From the human T2T-CHM13v2.0 reference genome, Homo sapiens, in NCBI RefSeq assembly GCF_009914755.1, contig NC_060925.1: 64,000 bases of DNA; one strand, 5' to 3'. Under the pieces are notes generated by a model. That model was given only the letters and a program-made list of their open reading frames with translations. It was not told the origin of the DNA and did no database searches. Each line of letters begins with the position of its first letter. The first letter of the stretch is position 1. A program made the translations under genes and the position numbers. Below are positions 1-13,075 of this stretch, piece by piece.

Positions 1-890
1 AATTTACAAGAAAAAAACAAACAACCCCATCAACAAGTGGGCGAAGGATATGAACAGACACTTTTCAAAAAGAGACATTTATGCAGACAAAAGACACATG
101 AAAAAATGCTTATCATCACTGGCCATCAAAGAAATGCAAATCAAAACCACAAAGAGATACCATCTCACACCAGTTAGAATGGTGCTCATTAAAAAGTCAG
201 GAAACAACAGGTGCTGGAGAGGATGTGGAGAAATAGGAACACTTTTACACTGTTGGTGGGACTGTAAACTAGTTCAATCACTGTGGAAGTCAGTGTGGCG
301 ATTCCTCAGGGATCTAGAACTAGAAATACCATTTGACCCAGCTATCCTATTACCAGGTATATACCCAAAGGATTATAAATCATGCTGCTATAAAGACATT
401 TGCACACGTATGTTTATTGTGACACTATTCACAATAGCAAAGACTTGGAACCAACCCAAATGTCCAATAATGATAGACTGGATTAAGAAAATGTGGCACA
501 TATATGCCATGGAATACTATGCAGCCATAAAAAATGACGAGTTCATGTCCTTTATAGGGATATGGATGAAGCTGGAAACTATCATTCTCAGCAAACTATC
601 GCAAGGACAAAAAACCAAACACCGCATGTTCTCACTCATAGGTGGGAATTGAACAATGAGAACACATGGACACAGGAAGGGGAACATCACACACCAGGGC
701 TTGTTGTCAGGTGGTGGGAGAGGGGAGGGATAGCATTAGGAGATATACCTAATGTTAAATGACGAGTTAATGGATGCAGCACACCAACACGGCACATGTA
801 TACATATGTAACAAACCTGCATGTTGTGTACACGTACCCTAAAACTTAAAGTATAATTTAAAAAATTAAATAAAGAAATAAATAAAAAGA
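1..890 (+). mobile_element. L1PA (young, ~L1PA3-5) 3' end, continuing upstream of the window
   Basis: ORF2 C-terminus, then the canonical L1PA 3'UTR (GGGATAGCATTAGGAGATATACCTAATGTTAAATGACGAG...CCCTAAAACTTAAAGTATAAT) and an A-rich tail at ~858-890. Confidence 0.97.
50..652 (+). pseudogene. L1 ORF2p C-terminal (cysteine-rich) remnant, 200 open codons
   Basis: Translation [22 protein letters not shown]...[10 protein letters not shown] resembles the L1 ORF2p C-terminal region; the rest of ORF2 lies outside the window. Confidence 0.9.
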
Positions 891-984
891 AATCAACTTG
901 TTACTATAATGACAGAAAAAAATCAATAATACAAACTAAAATTGCAATTCTGTATCAGCAACTTGAACAAGATTTTGATTAATA

Positions 985-1311
985 TTTTTTTATTTATTTA
1001 TTTGTTTGTTTATTTATTTACTGAAACAGAGTTTCATTCTGTTGCCCAGGCTGAAGTGCATTGGTGTGATCATGGTTCACTGCAGCCTTGACTTCCCTGG
1101 GCTCAAGCCATCCTCCCACCTCAGCCTCCAGAGTAGCTGGGACTACAGGCACACTCCACCAACCTGGGAGATTTATTTATTTTTTTATTTTTGGTAGAGA
1201 CAGGATTTTACCATGTTGCATAGGCTGGTCTGGACCTCCTGGGCTCAGTGATGTGCCGACCTAGACTTTCCAAAGTGCTAGGATTATAGTCATGAGCCAC
1301 TGTGCCCAGCC
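985..1311 (-). mobile_element. AluJ SINE
   Basis: T-rich tail followed by a reverse-complement Alu dimer with AluJ-type CTGGGCTCAAGC motifs, ending GAGCCACTGTGCCCAGCC. Confidence 0.93.
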
Positions 1312-1831
1312 CATTTGATATTTTAATGATGACTCTTTCATCGGAACTACACAGCTTGGAAATGATATTACAGTTCACCTGTTGATTAAGGGCCTTCCTT
1401 GAACATTCTTTAACTGTGTCCCTAGGGACCCTTTCTTGCTGTTCCATAGACAGTTTAAAGTAGCATTGATTACATGATCTAAATTCCATTCTTTACTCCT
1501 TTAACATAACTTTTATCAAACTGAATAGTTAATTGACCCATTTTTGCAACAAAAAACTCTCTTTTCTCTATGTTTCTGAATAAAGAATAATAAAATAGCC
1601 ATTAATGATTGAAATACAAGTTAATGTAGCCAAAATTTTAAAAATAAAATCAGACAGAGTAAGAATCAAAGAGAGATCATATTTTCTTTCTCAATATAGT
1701 TATCATAAGTAAGAAGATAATTTGGAATCATGAAAATATCTTTACAGTCTAAAGAACCAGAGAATACTGAAGGAACAACTGTGGAGCAACACCATTCTTC
1801 AAGGATAATCAATCATGATTTAGTAAATCTC

Positions 1832-1921
1832 TTTTTTATGATAATGAGGATTTATTTCTTTCTTTGTTTATTTAATGTTCTGGGCTATAAGCACAGATTT
1901 ATTACATAGGTAAACTTGTGT
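1832..1921 (-). mobile_element. Extremely 5'-truncated L1P 3' end
   Basis: TTACATAGGTAAACTTGTGT is the reverse complement of the L1PA/PB 3' terminus; flanked by GTAAATCTC at 1823-1831 and 1922-1930. Confidence 0.65.
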
Positions 1922-3194
1922 GTAAATCTCAATACTTTGAAAGAAATTTCAGTAATGATCTTCAATAATACATTTTCTGTAGCTAGGAATAATTTATTTA
2001 GAATTTTAGCTAAATAGAATTTGCATCACAAGGAGAAGGAAGGTACAATATACATCATCAGGGAAATACTACATAGGTATGCTTTCCTCAGAAAGTATTG
2101 TAAAGATCTGGTGAGGCCTTCATATCCCAAAAATAATCAGCTCTCAGGTGTAACTGAGAACCTGAACAACTGCAAGCAGGCTTCTTGTAAGATTTAGTAA
2201 ATCATCTTAAGGATTTTTGCAGCTCCTGTGTGATATTTATTCATATGTATTTCCAAATGTTGTATCCATGAAAACTAACATACCTTTTATGTATATTCAT
2301 TTTAGTAATGCATTTATTAACTTGCAAGTTCCTTGAAACAAAGACCAAATCTTATTTACCTTCTGTATTTTCCCTGGCTTTAGGTTCATATTTAGATCCC
2401 ATAAAGAATTATTGATTTCTTGATTAAAAGCAACTCATTCAGGAGTTATAAAAGAAAAGCAGTTTTTAGTTAGTTTAATCTATAGTTTTGTCCTCCATTC
2501 TCATGAGTTGTTACTACAATAATAAATGCAATCATTCCTTCTGATCTCAGTAAAAAATCACTTTTTAGAGGAAATAAAAATTCTGATATTCAATCACACT
2601 GTCTACTCCCTACAGTCCCCTATCCCTGGGCCCAACAATGTCAGGTTCTCTTATCTAACTTCATAAATGTCAACCATGCTTACCAGTTGCACTTAATTGT
2701 GTGGTCATATTATTTATATCTATTTCCTTTACTACAATATAAATTCACATGAAAAGTGAAACTTTATTTGGTTCCCATTGCTTTGAAACAGAACAGAGCT
2801 TGGCAAATAGTATATTTTTTGTAGATACTATAGATATATAAAAGAAAGGCCTTCAAGGTTTATTATTTTTTAGTAACAAGAAGTTTTTACTAATTGAATC
2901 CATCACCTACAGCCCACTCCTTCTTTTCCCAACTCACCACCATTGGCACAGTGACAAAAAAGCATGCAGTTAAAAAATGATTGGCTGATATTAAGGGTGT
3001 AGTTTTCAGAGAGGTTATACTAATAATCTGTGTGTCAAAAGAGCAGGCCCATAACGTAAAGTAAATTATGTTGAAGACATGACTATGGTACAGAAAATGT
3101 CTAATTGCTGATCCTATCCAAGGGTCTCTGGAGAACAGATTTAATCCCTTCTTTATATTTTTTATGACAGGATTACATGAACTGCGCTATATAA

Positions 3195-4955
3195 AATACC
3201 AAATCATGAGTGAACTCCCATTCAAAATTGCTACAAAGAGAATAAAATCATAGGAATACAACATACAAGGGATGTGAAGGACCTCTTCAAGGAGAACTAT
3301 AAACCACTGCTCAAGGAAATAAGAGAGGACACGAACAAATAGAAAAACATTCCATGCTCATAGATAGGAAGAATAAATATCGTGAAAATGGCCATACTGC
3401 CCAAAGTAATTTGTAGATTCAATGCTATCCCCATCAAGCTACCACTGACTTTCTTCACAGAATTGGAAAATCTACTTTAAATTTCATATGGAGCCAAAAA
3501 AGAGCCCACATAGCCAAGACAATCCTAAGCAAAAAGAACAAAACTGGAGGCGTCAGGTTACCTGACTTCAAACTGTACTGCAAGGCTACATTTAAAAAAA
3601 CAAAACACAAAACAAAACAAAAACAGCATGCTACTGGTACCAAAACAGATATATAGACCAATGGAACAGAACAGAGCCCTCAAAAATAATGCCATACATC
3701 TACAACCATCTGATGTTTGACAAGCCTGACAATCCCTATTTAATAAGTGGTGTTGGGAAAACTGGCCAGCCACATGCCGAAAGCTGAAACTGCATCCCTT
3801 CCTTACACGTTATACAAAAATTAACTCAAGATGGATTAAAGACTTAAACGTAAGACCTAAAACCATAAAAACCCTAGAAGAAAATCTAGGGAATACCATT
3901 CAGGACATAGGCATGGGCAAGGACTTCATGACTGAAACACAAAAAGCAATGGCAGCAAAAGCCAAAATTGACAAATGGAATCTCATTAAACTAAAGAGAT
4001 TCTGCACAGCAAAAGAAACTATCATCAGAGTGAACAGGCAACCTACAGAATGGGAGAAAATTTTTGCAATCTATCCATCTGACAAGGGCTAATATCCAGA
4101 ATCTGCAAAGAACTTAAACAAACTTACAAGAAAAAAACAACCCCATCAAAAAGTGGGCAAAGGATATGAACAGACACTTCTCAAAAGAAGACATTTATGC
4201 AGCCAACAAACATAAGAAAAAAATCACATCATCACTGGTCATTAGAGAAATGCAAATCAAAACCACAATGAGATACCATCTCACGCCAGTTAGAATGGAT
4301 ATCATTAAAAAGTCAGGAAACGGCAGATGCTGGAGAGGATGGGGAGAAATAGGAATGCTTTTACAGTTTGTGGCAGTCTAAATTAGTTCAACCACTGTGG
4401 AATACAGTATGGCAATTCCTCAGGGATCTAGAACTAGAAATACCATTTGATCCAGCAATCCCATTACTGGCATTATAAATCATTCTACTATAAATACACG
4501 TATGTTTATTGCAGCACTATTCACAATAGCGAAGACTTGGAACCAACCCAAATGCCCATCAATGATAGACTGGATAAATAAAATGTGGCACATATAGGCC
4601 ATAGAATACCAGGCGGCCATAAAAAGGATGAGTTTATGTCCTTTGCAGGGACATGAATGATGCTGGAAACCATCATTCTCATCAAACTAACACAAGAACA
4701 GGAAACCAAACACCGCATGCTCTCATTCATAAGAGGAAGTTGATCAATGAGAACACATGGACACAGGAAGGGGAACATCACACACTGGAGCCTTTTGGTG
4801 GGTGTGGGGCTAAGAGAGCAATAGCATTAGGAGAAAAACCTAATGTAGATGATGCGTTGATGGGTGCAGCAAACCACCACGGCACGTGTATACCCATGTG
4901 ACAAACCTGCACTTTCTGCACATGTACTCTATAATCTAAGGTACAATAAAAAAAG
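3195..4955 (+). mobile_element. L1PA7/8-like 5'-truncated LINE-1
   Basis: Disrupted 3' half of ORF2 ([16 protein letters not shown]...), L1PA7/8-type 3'UTR and A tail; internal (AAAAC)n expansion at ~3593-3625. Confidence 0.95.
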
Positions 4956-5003
4956 GGACAGGGATTTGACTGATATAAAGTTGTAAAGAAAAAAAATACC
5001 AGA

Positions 5004-6668
5004 TCCTTTGAGAAGTGTCTTTTCATGTCTTTTGCCCACTTTTTAATGGGATTGTTTCTTTTTACTCATAAATTTTTTAAGTTCCTCATGGATTCTGGAT
5101 ATTAGACCTTTGTCTGATGGAAAGATTGCAAAAATTTTCTTTCATTCTCTAGGTTGTCTGTTCATTCTGATGATAGCTTCCTTCACTGTGCAGAAGCTCT
5201 TTAGTTTAATTAGATCCTATTTGTAAATTTTTGCTTCTGTTGCAGCTGCTTTTGACGTCTTCATCATGAATTTTTTGCCCCTGTCTATCCCTACGTCTTG
5301 AGTGGTATTGGGTAGATTTTCTTCTAGGGTTTTTATAGTTTTGGGTTTTACATTTAAGTCTTTAATTCTTCTTGAGTTAATATTTGTATAAGGTATAAAG
5401 AAGGGGTCCAATTTCAATGTTCTGCATATGGCTAGCCAGTTCTCCCAGCATCATTTATGAAATAAGGGAATCCTTTCCCCATTGCTTATTTTTGTCAGGT
5501 TTGTTGAGGATCAGATAGTTGTAGATATGTAGCCTTATTTCTGAAATGTCTATTCTGTTCCATTGGTTTATGTGTCTGTTTTTGTACCAGTAACATGCTC
5601 TTTTGGTTACTGCAGCCTTATAGTATAGTTTGAAGTCATGTAGCGTGATGCCTCCAGTTTTGTTCTTTTTGCTTAGGATTTTCTTCACTATACGGGCTTT
5701 TTTTTGGTTTCATATGAAATTTAAAATATTTTTTTCTTTAATTTTGTGAAGAATGTCAATGGTAGTTTAATGGGAATAGCATTGAATCTGTAAAATACTT
5801 TGGGTAGTATGGCCATTTTCATGATATTGATTCTTCCCATCCATCAGCGTGGAATGTTTTACCATTTGTTTGTGTCTGCACTGAAATGTATGTAGCTAAA
5901 AAACATATGAAAAAAAGCTCAATATCACTGATCATTAAAGAAATGCAAATCAAAACCACAATGAGATATCATGTCACACCCCTCAGAATGGTGATTATTA
6001 AAAAGTAAAAAAACAATAGATGCTGGTGAGGCTGCGGAGATATAGAAATGCTTTTACACTCTTGATGGGAATGTAAATTAGTTCAACCATTGTGGAATAC
6101 AGTATGGCAATTCCTCAAAGACCTAGAACCAGGAATACCATTTTGCCCAGAAATCCCATTACTGGACAAAATGGTATTTCACCATTCTATTATAAACATA
6201 CACGTAAGCATAAGTTCATAGCAGCACTATCACAATAGCAGATATGGAATCAAACCAAATGTCCATGAATGATCAACTGGATAAGGAAAATGTGATATAT
6301 ATACACAATGGAATACTATACAGCCATAAAAGGGAACAAGATCATGCACTTTGCAGGGGCATGGATGGAGCTGGAAGCCATTATCCTCATCCAACTAACA
6401 CAGGAACAGAACACCAAACATCACATCTTCTCACTTATCAGTGGGAGCTGAACAATGAGAACACATAGATACAGGGAGGGAAAAATCACACATTGGGTCC
6501 TATTGTGGGCATGGGGAGGGAGATCATCAGAATAAATAGCTAATGCATGCTGGGCTAATACCTATGTGATGGGTTGATAGATGCAGCAAATCACCGTTGC
6601 ACACATTTACCTATGTAAAAAACCTGCACATCCTTCACATGTGCCCTGGAACTTAAAATAAAACAAAT
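5004..6668 (+). mobile_element. 5'-inverted L1PA (older, ~L1PA10-13): 5004-5876 antisense, ~5888-6668 sense
   Basis: Antisense ORF2 block abuts a sense 3' block, and the two are nearly contiguous in the L1 consensus; TSD AAAATACCA at 4993-5001 and 6669-6677. Confidence 0.9.
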
Positions 6669-7797
6669 AAAATACCACTTTCTCAAGCTTTTAACATACT
6701 CCTTGTACAAAGTTCCTGTGGTTATGTTTGTCTGGGAGACTCTCAGGTTTCTTTACATGGGGACTAGTGAAAGCCTGTAAAATATTGAATCATTGTGCTT
6801 CTCCAGGAAGGAAAATCACTATGCAGCACTTGTCAAAACTATTTGAACACTGGACATTTTTAATTTTATTTTACTTTACTTCTGAAGCAGCTGACCATAT
6901 CCTTAAGAACTAGCATTTTACTGAATGCTAGACTATTAACTCAAGGTTTGTGTTAACACAGCCAGAAACCAGATCATTCCCAAAATATCCTTCAACTTAT
7001 GCTAATAGAGGATATAGAAGGAAACTGATGCAGTAGACATAGTCTTAGATTCCACACTCTGGTTGTTATTTTCATTGTTTTATCACAAATTACATCAAGA
7101 TAGATACTGCATGTTTTAGAGGACTTTTCCCCACTCTTCAGGGAGCAATATTTAGCATGAAGAACGCACAGGTTCCTAACAGCCTGGAATAAATGTAAAT
7201 GAGAGTACCAAATCTCACTCCTTCTCCAGAAATAACTAAATTAGAAGTGACTCTGAATTTGAATTCTTAGATTATACCAAACTTTAGAAAGGGAAGCTAA
7301 AAAATTGATGTACTAAAGTTAAAGCTTCAGTATATATTGAGCTCCTGAACCATATGTTTTATTTAGTTATTTGGATGTAGGCTCTATTTTGCAATGCTTT
7401 ATTCCATTTCCAAAGGAAAGTACCATATTCTGTTCAACCACCTCAAAGATTGTCGTTAACCACTGAGTTTAATTTTATCTCTTAGCCACTATTCACATAA
7501 GAAGCACACGTTTTAAGGGTTTTTGTTGTTGTTATTGTTGTTATTTTTAATAGCATTTCACTGATTTATTTACTCTAAAATAAGTGTCCATATTTAAAAC
7601 ATCTTAATGAGGCCTGGGCTTTGATTTCTGAAATCTCAGATTTATTTATGTAAGTTAGTTGCAGGTAAACAGATGGTTTCTTTAAGTTTCAATAGCTGAA
7701 ATGCAAGTAGGGCAAGTATTTCAAGCAATACATATAAGCAGAAAAAAATTCTACTGATCTATTTTGTCTTACAATTTGTATAAAAATACCAGAATCA

Positions 7798-7800
<3 letters not shown>

Positions 7801-7832
<32 letters not shown>
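7801..7832. repeat. (GT)16 microsatellite
   Basis: Direct read. Confidence 0.98.
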
Positions 7833-7837
<5 letters not shown>

Positions 7838-9039
7838 TAAATGGCAGTATATGAATGACTTTGCAATATTTTTATCTTAATTGTAATGAAATTATGTAAC
7901 AACTATTGAACAAATAATTATTATTGGAAATGAATTTATAGTACTTTGATTAAAGATTCAAACCTCCTAATAAAAGCAATATGGAATTGATAGATCAAGC
8001 ATTATGTTATGATAATTAGTTTAAATACAGTTTAATATCAAATTTAGAAACTGTAAATTTAGTATATGTCATTTTATTCTTTGCAAAACCACCTAATTTA
8101 TCTAAAATGATTTTCAATAACCCCTTAGAGGTGTGAATCTTTGAAACTAGAATAAGCACTGGTAATGAATTTTACTACCGGTTGTGTGAGCACACATACA
8201 GGGCAAGTTTTTGTAAAGGGTTCTTACTTCATGGCTCTTTAAACTTTGTTTTGTTTTGGTTTTGTTTGGTTTCCTTCCCTGTGAATAATTTGATTTTGCC
8301 TTTATTTGAAAATAAAACTTCGTGGGCATTTTTGTAAAATGGGGATAAGTATTTTCCAATCTTATAGAATACACATCTAAGCCAAGATTTATTAACCTTG
8401 ACACATTCACTAAAAATGAGGTTATGATGTTAAGACATTGTGATTGCTGGAAAAAAATAATTTTGCCGCCATATGTTTTACCTTGAATTTATTGAACTTA
8501 TTTCTTTTAAAGACAGATAAAATAGCGCCATTTTTTTCAGTCTTTGTCTCATTAAACTTTTCCTATTTTTGATAAGCTGAAAGGTTTCAGGGTTATTATT
8601 TAAAGATGTAATCTGAAACATAAATATCGAAACAACTTTTAATATAATAGTGCTTGGTATGTGGTTTTAATAAGTATTTCTTTATAGTGTTGTTTGCTTT
8701 ATAACATACTTATCACCTTCTAGAAGGAATAGCTAAAACAGTTTCATGAAGTTATAAATGATTCATGTTTCCCTAAGTAACTCAAATCCAAAAGATAGAC
8801 TATATAGAGATTATCATTTTACCCTATCATCTGACAGTTAAATGAACTAGTAAAAAGTAATGTAGGTTATCCTACATACCTTAAATACGAGTAGTCACAA
8901 TTTTTTTTTTAAGAAAGGGAAGGATAAAATGGCAAAAACATGATATAAATGATATTCAATAAGTAGGCAAATAAATAGAAGAATTTACTATAAAAGTAAA
9001 GTGATTTAAAAATTTGTCATTAATAGCTGCTTTTCACCT

Positions 9040-9115
9040 TGACAAACGTTTGGATTCAGCACACACACACACACACACACACACAAATGTGATATGGTTG
9101 ACAAACGTTTGGATT

Positions 9116-9148
<33 letters not shown>

Positions 9149-9159
9149 TGTGATATGGT
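9040..9159. repeat. Two-copy tandem duplication (59 + 61 bp), each copy containing a (CA)n tract
   Basis: TGACAAACGTTTGGATTCAG-(CA)n-AATGTGATATGGT occurs twice; copies differ only by one CA unit. Confidence 0.97.
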
Positions 9160-11837
9160 ACAGTATTAGTTTCAGCTACCAGGAGTCCTAGAAGAAGCTA
9201 TTTATGAGTTCCGTGGCATAAATCTTGAAGAAAAATTCTTCTATAGTAGAGATTCAGTGTTGCTTCAACTTCTTGTTTAATTGGATTTTAAACCTGACTA
9301 TTAAAAATATGGTATATTGACAAAATATTACCTTTCAGAAAAAGAGTTAATAATAACAAAAAAGAATAAAAAGTAGATAGTAGTTGAACAGCAAAGATAA
9401 AGACGCATTTGTAATTAGAGGAAATTTCACTCCACTTGTTAGACTATAAGCAAATATAACATTAACCCAGGCTAGCATGTTTCTAGTTGAGGCTTTGCTG
9501 GACATTTTAGGGGAAGTTACACATATAGCCTCTATACTAGTTCTTTTTTAAAGTCCTATCGATATAAAAAGGTTATTTTTACTACCTTTCAAATATCTAA
9601 GAGCTCTGATATAACTTCCAACCTGAAACTATATAGAAAATGAGAAAATAGGATGTAATTGTGCAAACAGTTCTATTTATGCAATTGTCTATATTATATT
9701 TATTGGGATTTATTTTTCTGTGTGCATTCCAAAAACATACTTTTTAGAGTTTTTATTTACAAAACATATTTATTAAAAATAGGGTTTATCATCGCTTCAA
9801 AGTTATCTTAATGTGGGTATTTTAAAGAGAACGGCTGGCAAAGTTTTAATTAGGAGAAAACACCAATTAACTCATCAGCATTACCTTCATTTAGAGCTCT
9901 AAATAGGTTTAATTATTCAATAATTCAGATTCATAGAGCAGCTTTAACTTTAAGCAATTAGATAAAGAATAAGTGATTGTGTGTTTTTATGCAGCCTAGA
10001 TCTCAATGAAAAATAAAGGAAACAAATACAACCTTATGTCTTAGTAATCCTTGACAAGTATGTAATAATAATAAACTTTTAAAAAGGAAATTTCTTTTGA
10101 AAATTTATTTTTGGCTTAGATTTTTATGGGCAATAAATCATACATGTGTCTGATTCAATGATTCTTTTAGTAACATAGATCTTATTATATCCTTTAATAT
10201 AATGATTCTGTTTTTGGGTGACTTTGATAAGCAAATCTCTCCATTTATAGTAGGCCTGCAAAAAATACAAACCAACTCAAATTTCCACCATAATTAATGT
10301 TGTTACAGTTTGTTGGATTTCATGATTTTTTTAATAACTGTCATAACATTAGGCATGGTAGAAGGGAAATGCCTAGATATGTTGCTTTCAGCCCAAATGC
10401 TGGCTCTTTCTCAGCTGTCATTGCAACATGAGACTGCTTTTTTATTCTTGGGTGAAGGCCAAAGGAACATCATGCCAGTCTCAATGCAGTTGGAAAAGGG
10501 CAATGGTGAGCTAATGCTCCTGCTCAAAAGTAGCATTTGCCTCTTCCCCTCAAATTATTTTGGCCAAATCAAGTCTGTAACAAAGCTTGGTGACAATGTT
10601 GGAGGAAGATAATCTTATTATAGGTACTGCAAAAAGTATTTGTGTCCAACTAAATGAACTTGGTCGCATATATTGTATTCCTTTTGTAACAAATAGATAT
10701 TTTCCTTCTTCCCTCAGCTGAGATAAACTCCTAGAAGTCCCGTCTATTCATGACAGAGACTAAAAGTCCAGGATCTCATTGCAGTGTATATGTTGGTTTC
10801 CATGTAACTCCTCCTAATCTGAATATCTATAAACTAAAAAACTAAATTATCTGCAGTTCAGGCACTCAGCATATCATGGTGAAATGGTGACAGGAAATCT
10901 TCCATAAACACTGGTTCATAAAAGGAAAGAATGAGAGGTGCTACACATTGGCAGTCATTGGCCCACTGAAAGTTCAAACACTTGCTTAGGCAAAATTAAT
11001 TATAAGGTGAGAAATATTTCTTTATCAGTATAAAGAAATTCTTCCTTCAGATAGCTGAATTATTTCTTGGGACAGCTTTAAAGTTTATTGATCTGCATGG
11101 TTCTTGGTTTACTCTTGGAGTAGCCCTGACTTTTCCATTATAATTCTTGGCTACATATGAAGAAAGTACTAGAAAATATGCCAAGGTGGGGTGCTGAGCA
11201 ATTTTCTTATCCTGTTTCCTGTCCATAAAAGTTTAGAGGCCCAGAATGTGTTGTAAGTCAGAAGCTATCAGTGTTTTATTCAGGTGGATAGCTCTTTGGG
11301 AAATATAACCCTCTCACATTTTGTCTTAATCTCCTTGCTTTCAATCAGTAGCATAAGTCAAAACCATATCCATAATTATTTTCTCTCTCTAGACATCTTA
11401 TAAATACCATGATTTTATTAGATATCAGTGGGAGAGTCACACATATCCTTGTAGATTTTTTTTTTCTCCAGCTATGTAGTCAATATTGTGTGTTACTAGG
11501 CACTATCTTAAAAAATTCAGAGGTGTTAACACCAGCAAAATAACTGATCCAAACCTATTTAAAAATTTTATTTTTTATTTAAAGTAATTCTCATCTTTAT
11601 CTTTTACTGGTTAGATATGAGACACTGTTATCTCTTTCACCCTGTTAATCTCAGAATTTCTGGTCCCTATTTCATAGTTGCCATTGAGCCAATCATCTTC
11701 TGGGGTCTCCTCTTTTATAATTGTTTTATGTCAAGCACAGCCAGTAGGTACACACATATGTTAGTACCATTCTCTTTTACAACAATCTTGCCTGAAGCCA
11801 CTGTCTTATTTAGTATACTATCTTTCTTTCAAGCATA

Positions 11838-12229
11838 ACTGGCTTTCCTTATCCACAGGGGATACATTCCGAGACTCCCAGTGGATGCCTGAAAATGCAG
11901 GTAGTGCTGAACCGCATACTATGTTATGTTTTTTTTCTATACATACATACATATGATTTATTTTATTTATTATTTATTTAGTTTAACTTATAAATAAGGC
12001 ACAGTAAGATATTAACAATAGCTAATAATAAAACAGAACAATTATAACAACATGCTATAATAAAATGCTAAATAATTATAACAATATGCTAAAATAAAAT
12101 TATTTAAATGTAGTCTCTAGCTTTCTTTAAAATTTTTTTATTGTATTGTACTCATCTATTTTTGGATCATGGTTGACCATGGGTAACTAAAACTTCAGAA
12201 AGTAAAACTGAAGATAAGTGTGGACTACT
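11838..12229. mobile_element. MER44-like TcMar-Tigger DNA transposon fossil
   Basis: Termini CCTTATCCACAGGGGATACATTCC...GGATGCCTGAAA and GGTTGACCATGGGTAACT...GATAAGTGTGGACTACT resemble MER44 terminal inverted repeats. Confidence 0.8.
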
Positions 12230-12264
12230 ATCACAATTGAAATGACAACAATACAAACAGCTAT

Positions 12265-12895
12265 TGATAATGGCAGGAGGCAGAGAGGGGTGGGTCTTTG
12301 GTGAAACCTTACCCCCAGGCCAAAGTTTAAAGCCTTAAAACAAAGCTACAAGTCAAATCCTCAGACCAGAATGAGAACTTGTCTTCCTGTTTCATGCACT
12401 TTCCTCTGATTGATCCCCACTGTTCACCTATTTTATATATACCTGCTCTTTCCTAATTGGTTTTCTACACTGTCTTGCCCACTTTTAAGTGCCGTCCCCT
12501 CTTTAACCTTCTTTGCATACTTACAAACCAATCAACAGGCACTCTGTGTTCTGAGTCCATAAATAGTCCCAGAGCCAACCACACTGGAAGACATACCACC
12601 AGACTGTGGGCATGGGTGAACGACCCTCACATCTCTCCACTGAGAGCTGTTCTGTGGCTTAATAAAATTCTTCTTCATCCATCCTCACTCTTCAACTGTC
12701 AATATATCCTCATTCTTCTTGGATGTGGGACAAGAGCTCAGGAATTGCTGAACATGGGTACAAACTATAATACAGGTGGGCCAAGTGGGTAGGGTGCCTC
12801 CAGTGGCAGACCTGAGACCGAGAAGGGCCTGGGTGTTGGGGTGTCATTGGGTGGAATTCTGGGCTGGCAAAGTGACCAAGAAAAATTCTGCATCA
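12265..12895 (+). mobile_element. ERV1 solo LTR (LTR27/MER50-like)
   Basis: TGA...CA termini, AATAAA at 12661, characteristic TTTCCTCTGATTGATCCCCAC and GGCTGGCAAAGTGAC motifs. Confidence 0.8.
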
Positions 12896-13017
12896 TATGA
12901 CCAAGTTTGAACATGCATAGGCAACAGCTGTGTCACAACTGCCACCAAGACATCAGTGGTAGTAAGACACCATCCTAACTTTCAACATGTTCAATGTGAA
13001 AAAAAAGTGCCTTAATG

Positions 13018-13075
13018 TCATTCATTTATTACATATTTATTTAGCAACTACCATGTGCCTGGCATAGTGGCAAGA
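13018..13075 (-). mobile_element. L2 3' end fragment
   Basis: TCATTCATTT...ATATTTATTTAGCAACTACCATGTGCCTGGCA. Confidence 0.65.

Noticed and set aside
50-652. 200-aa ORF as a cellular gene
   Set aside because: It is the L1 ORF2p C-terminus; staying open is expected for a young copy.
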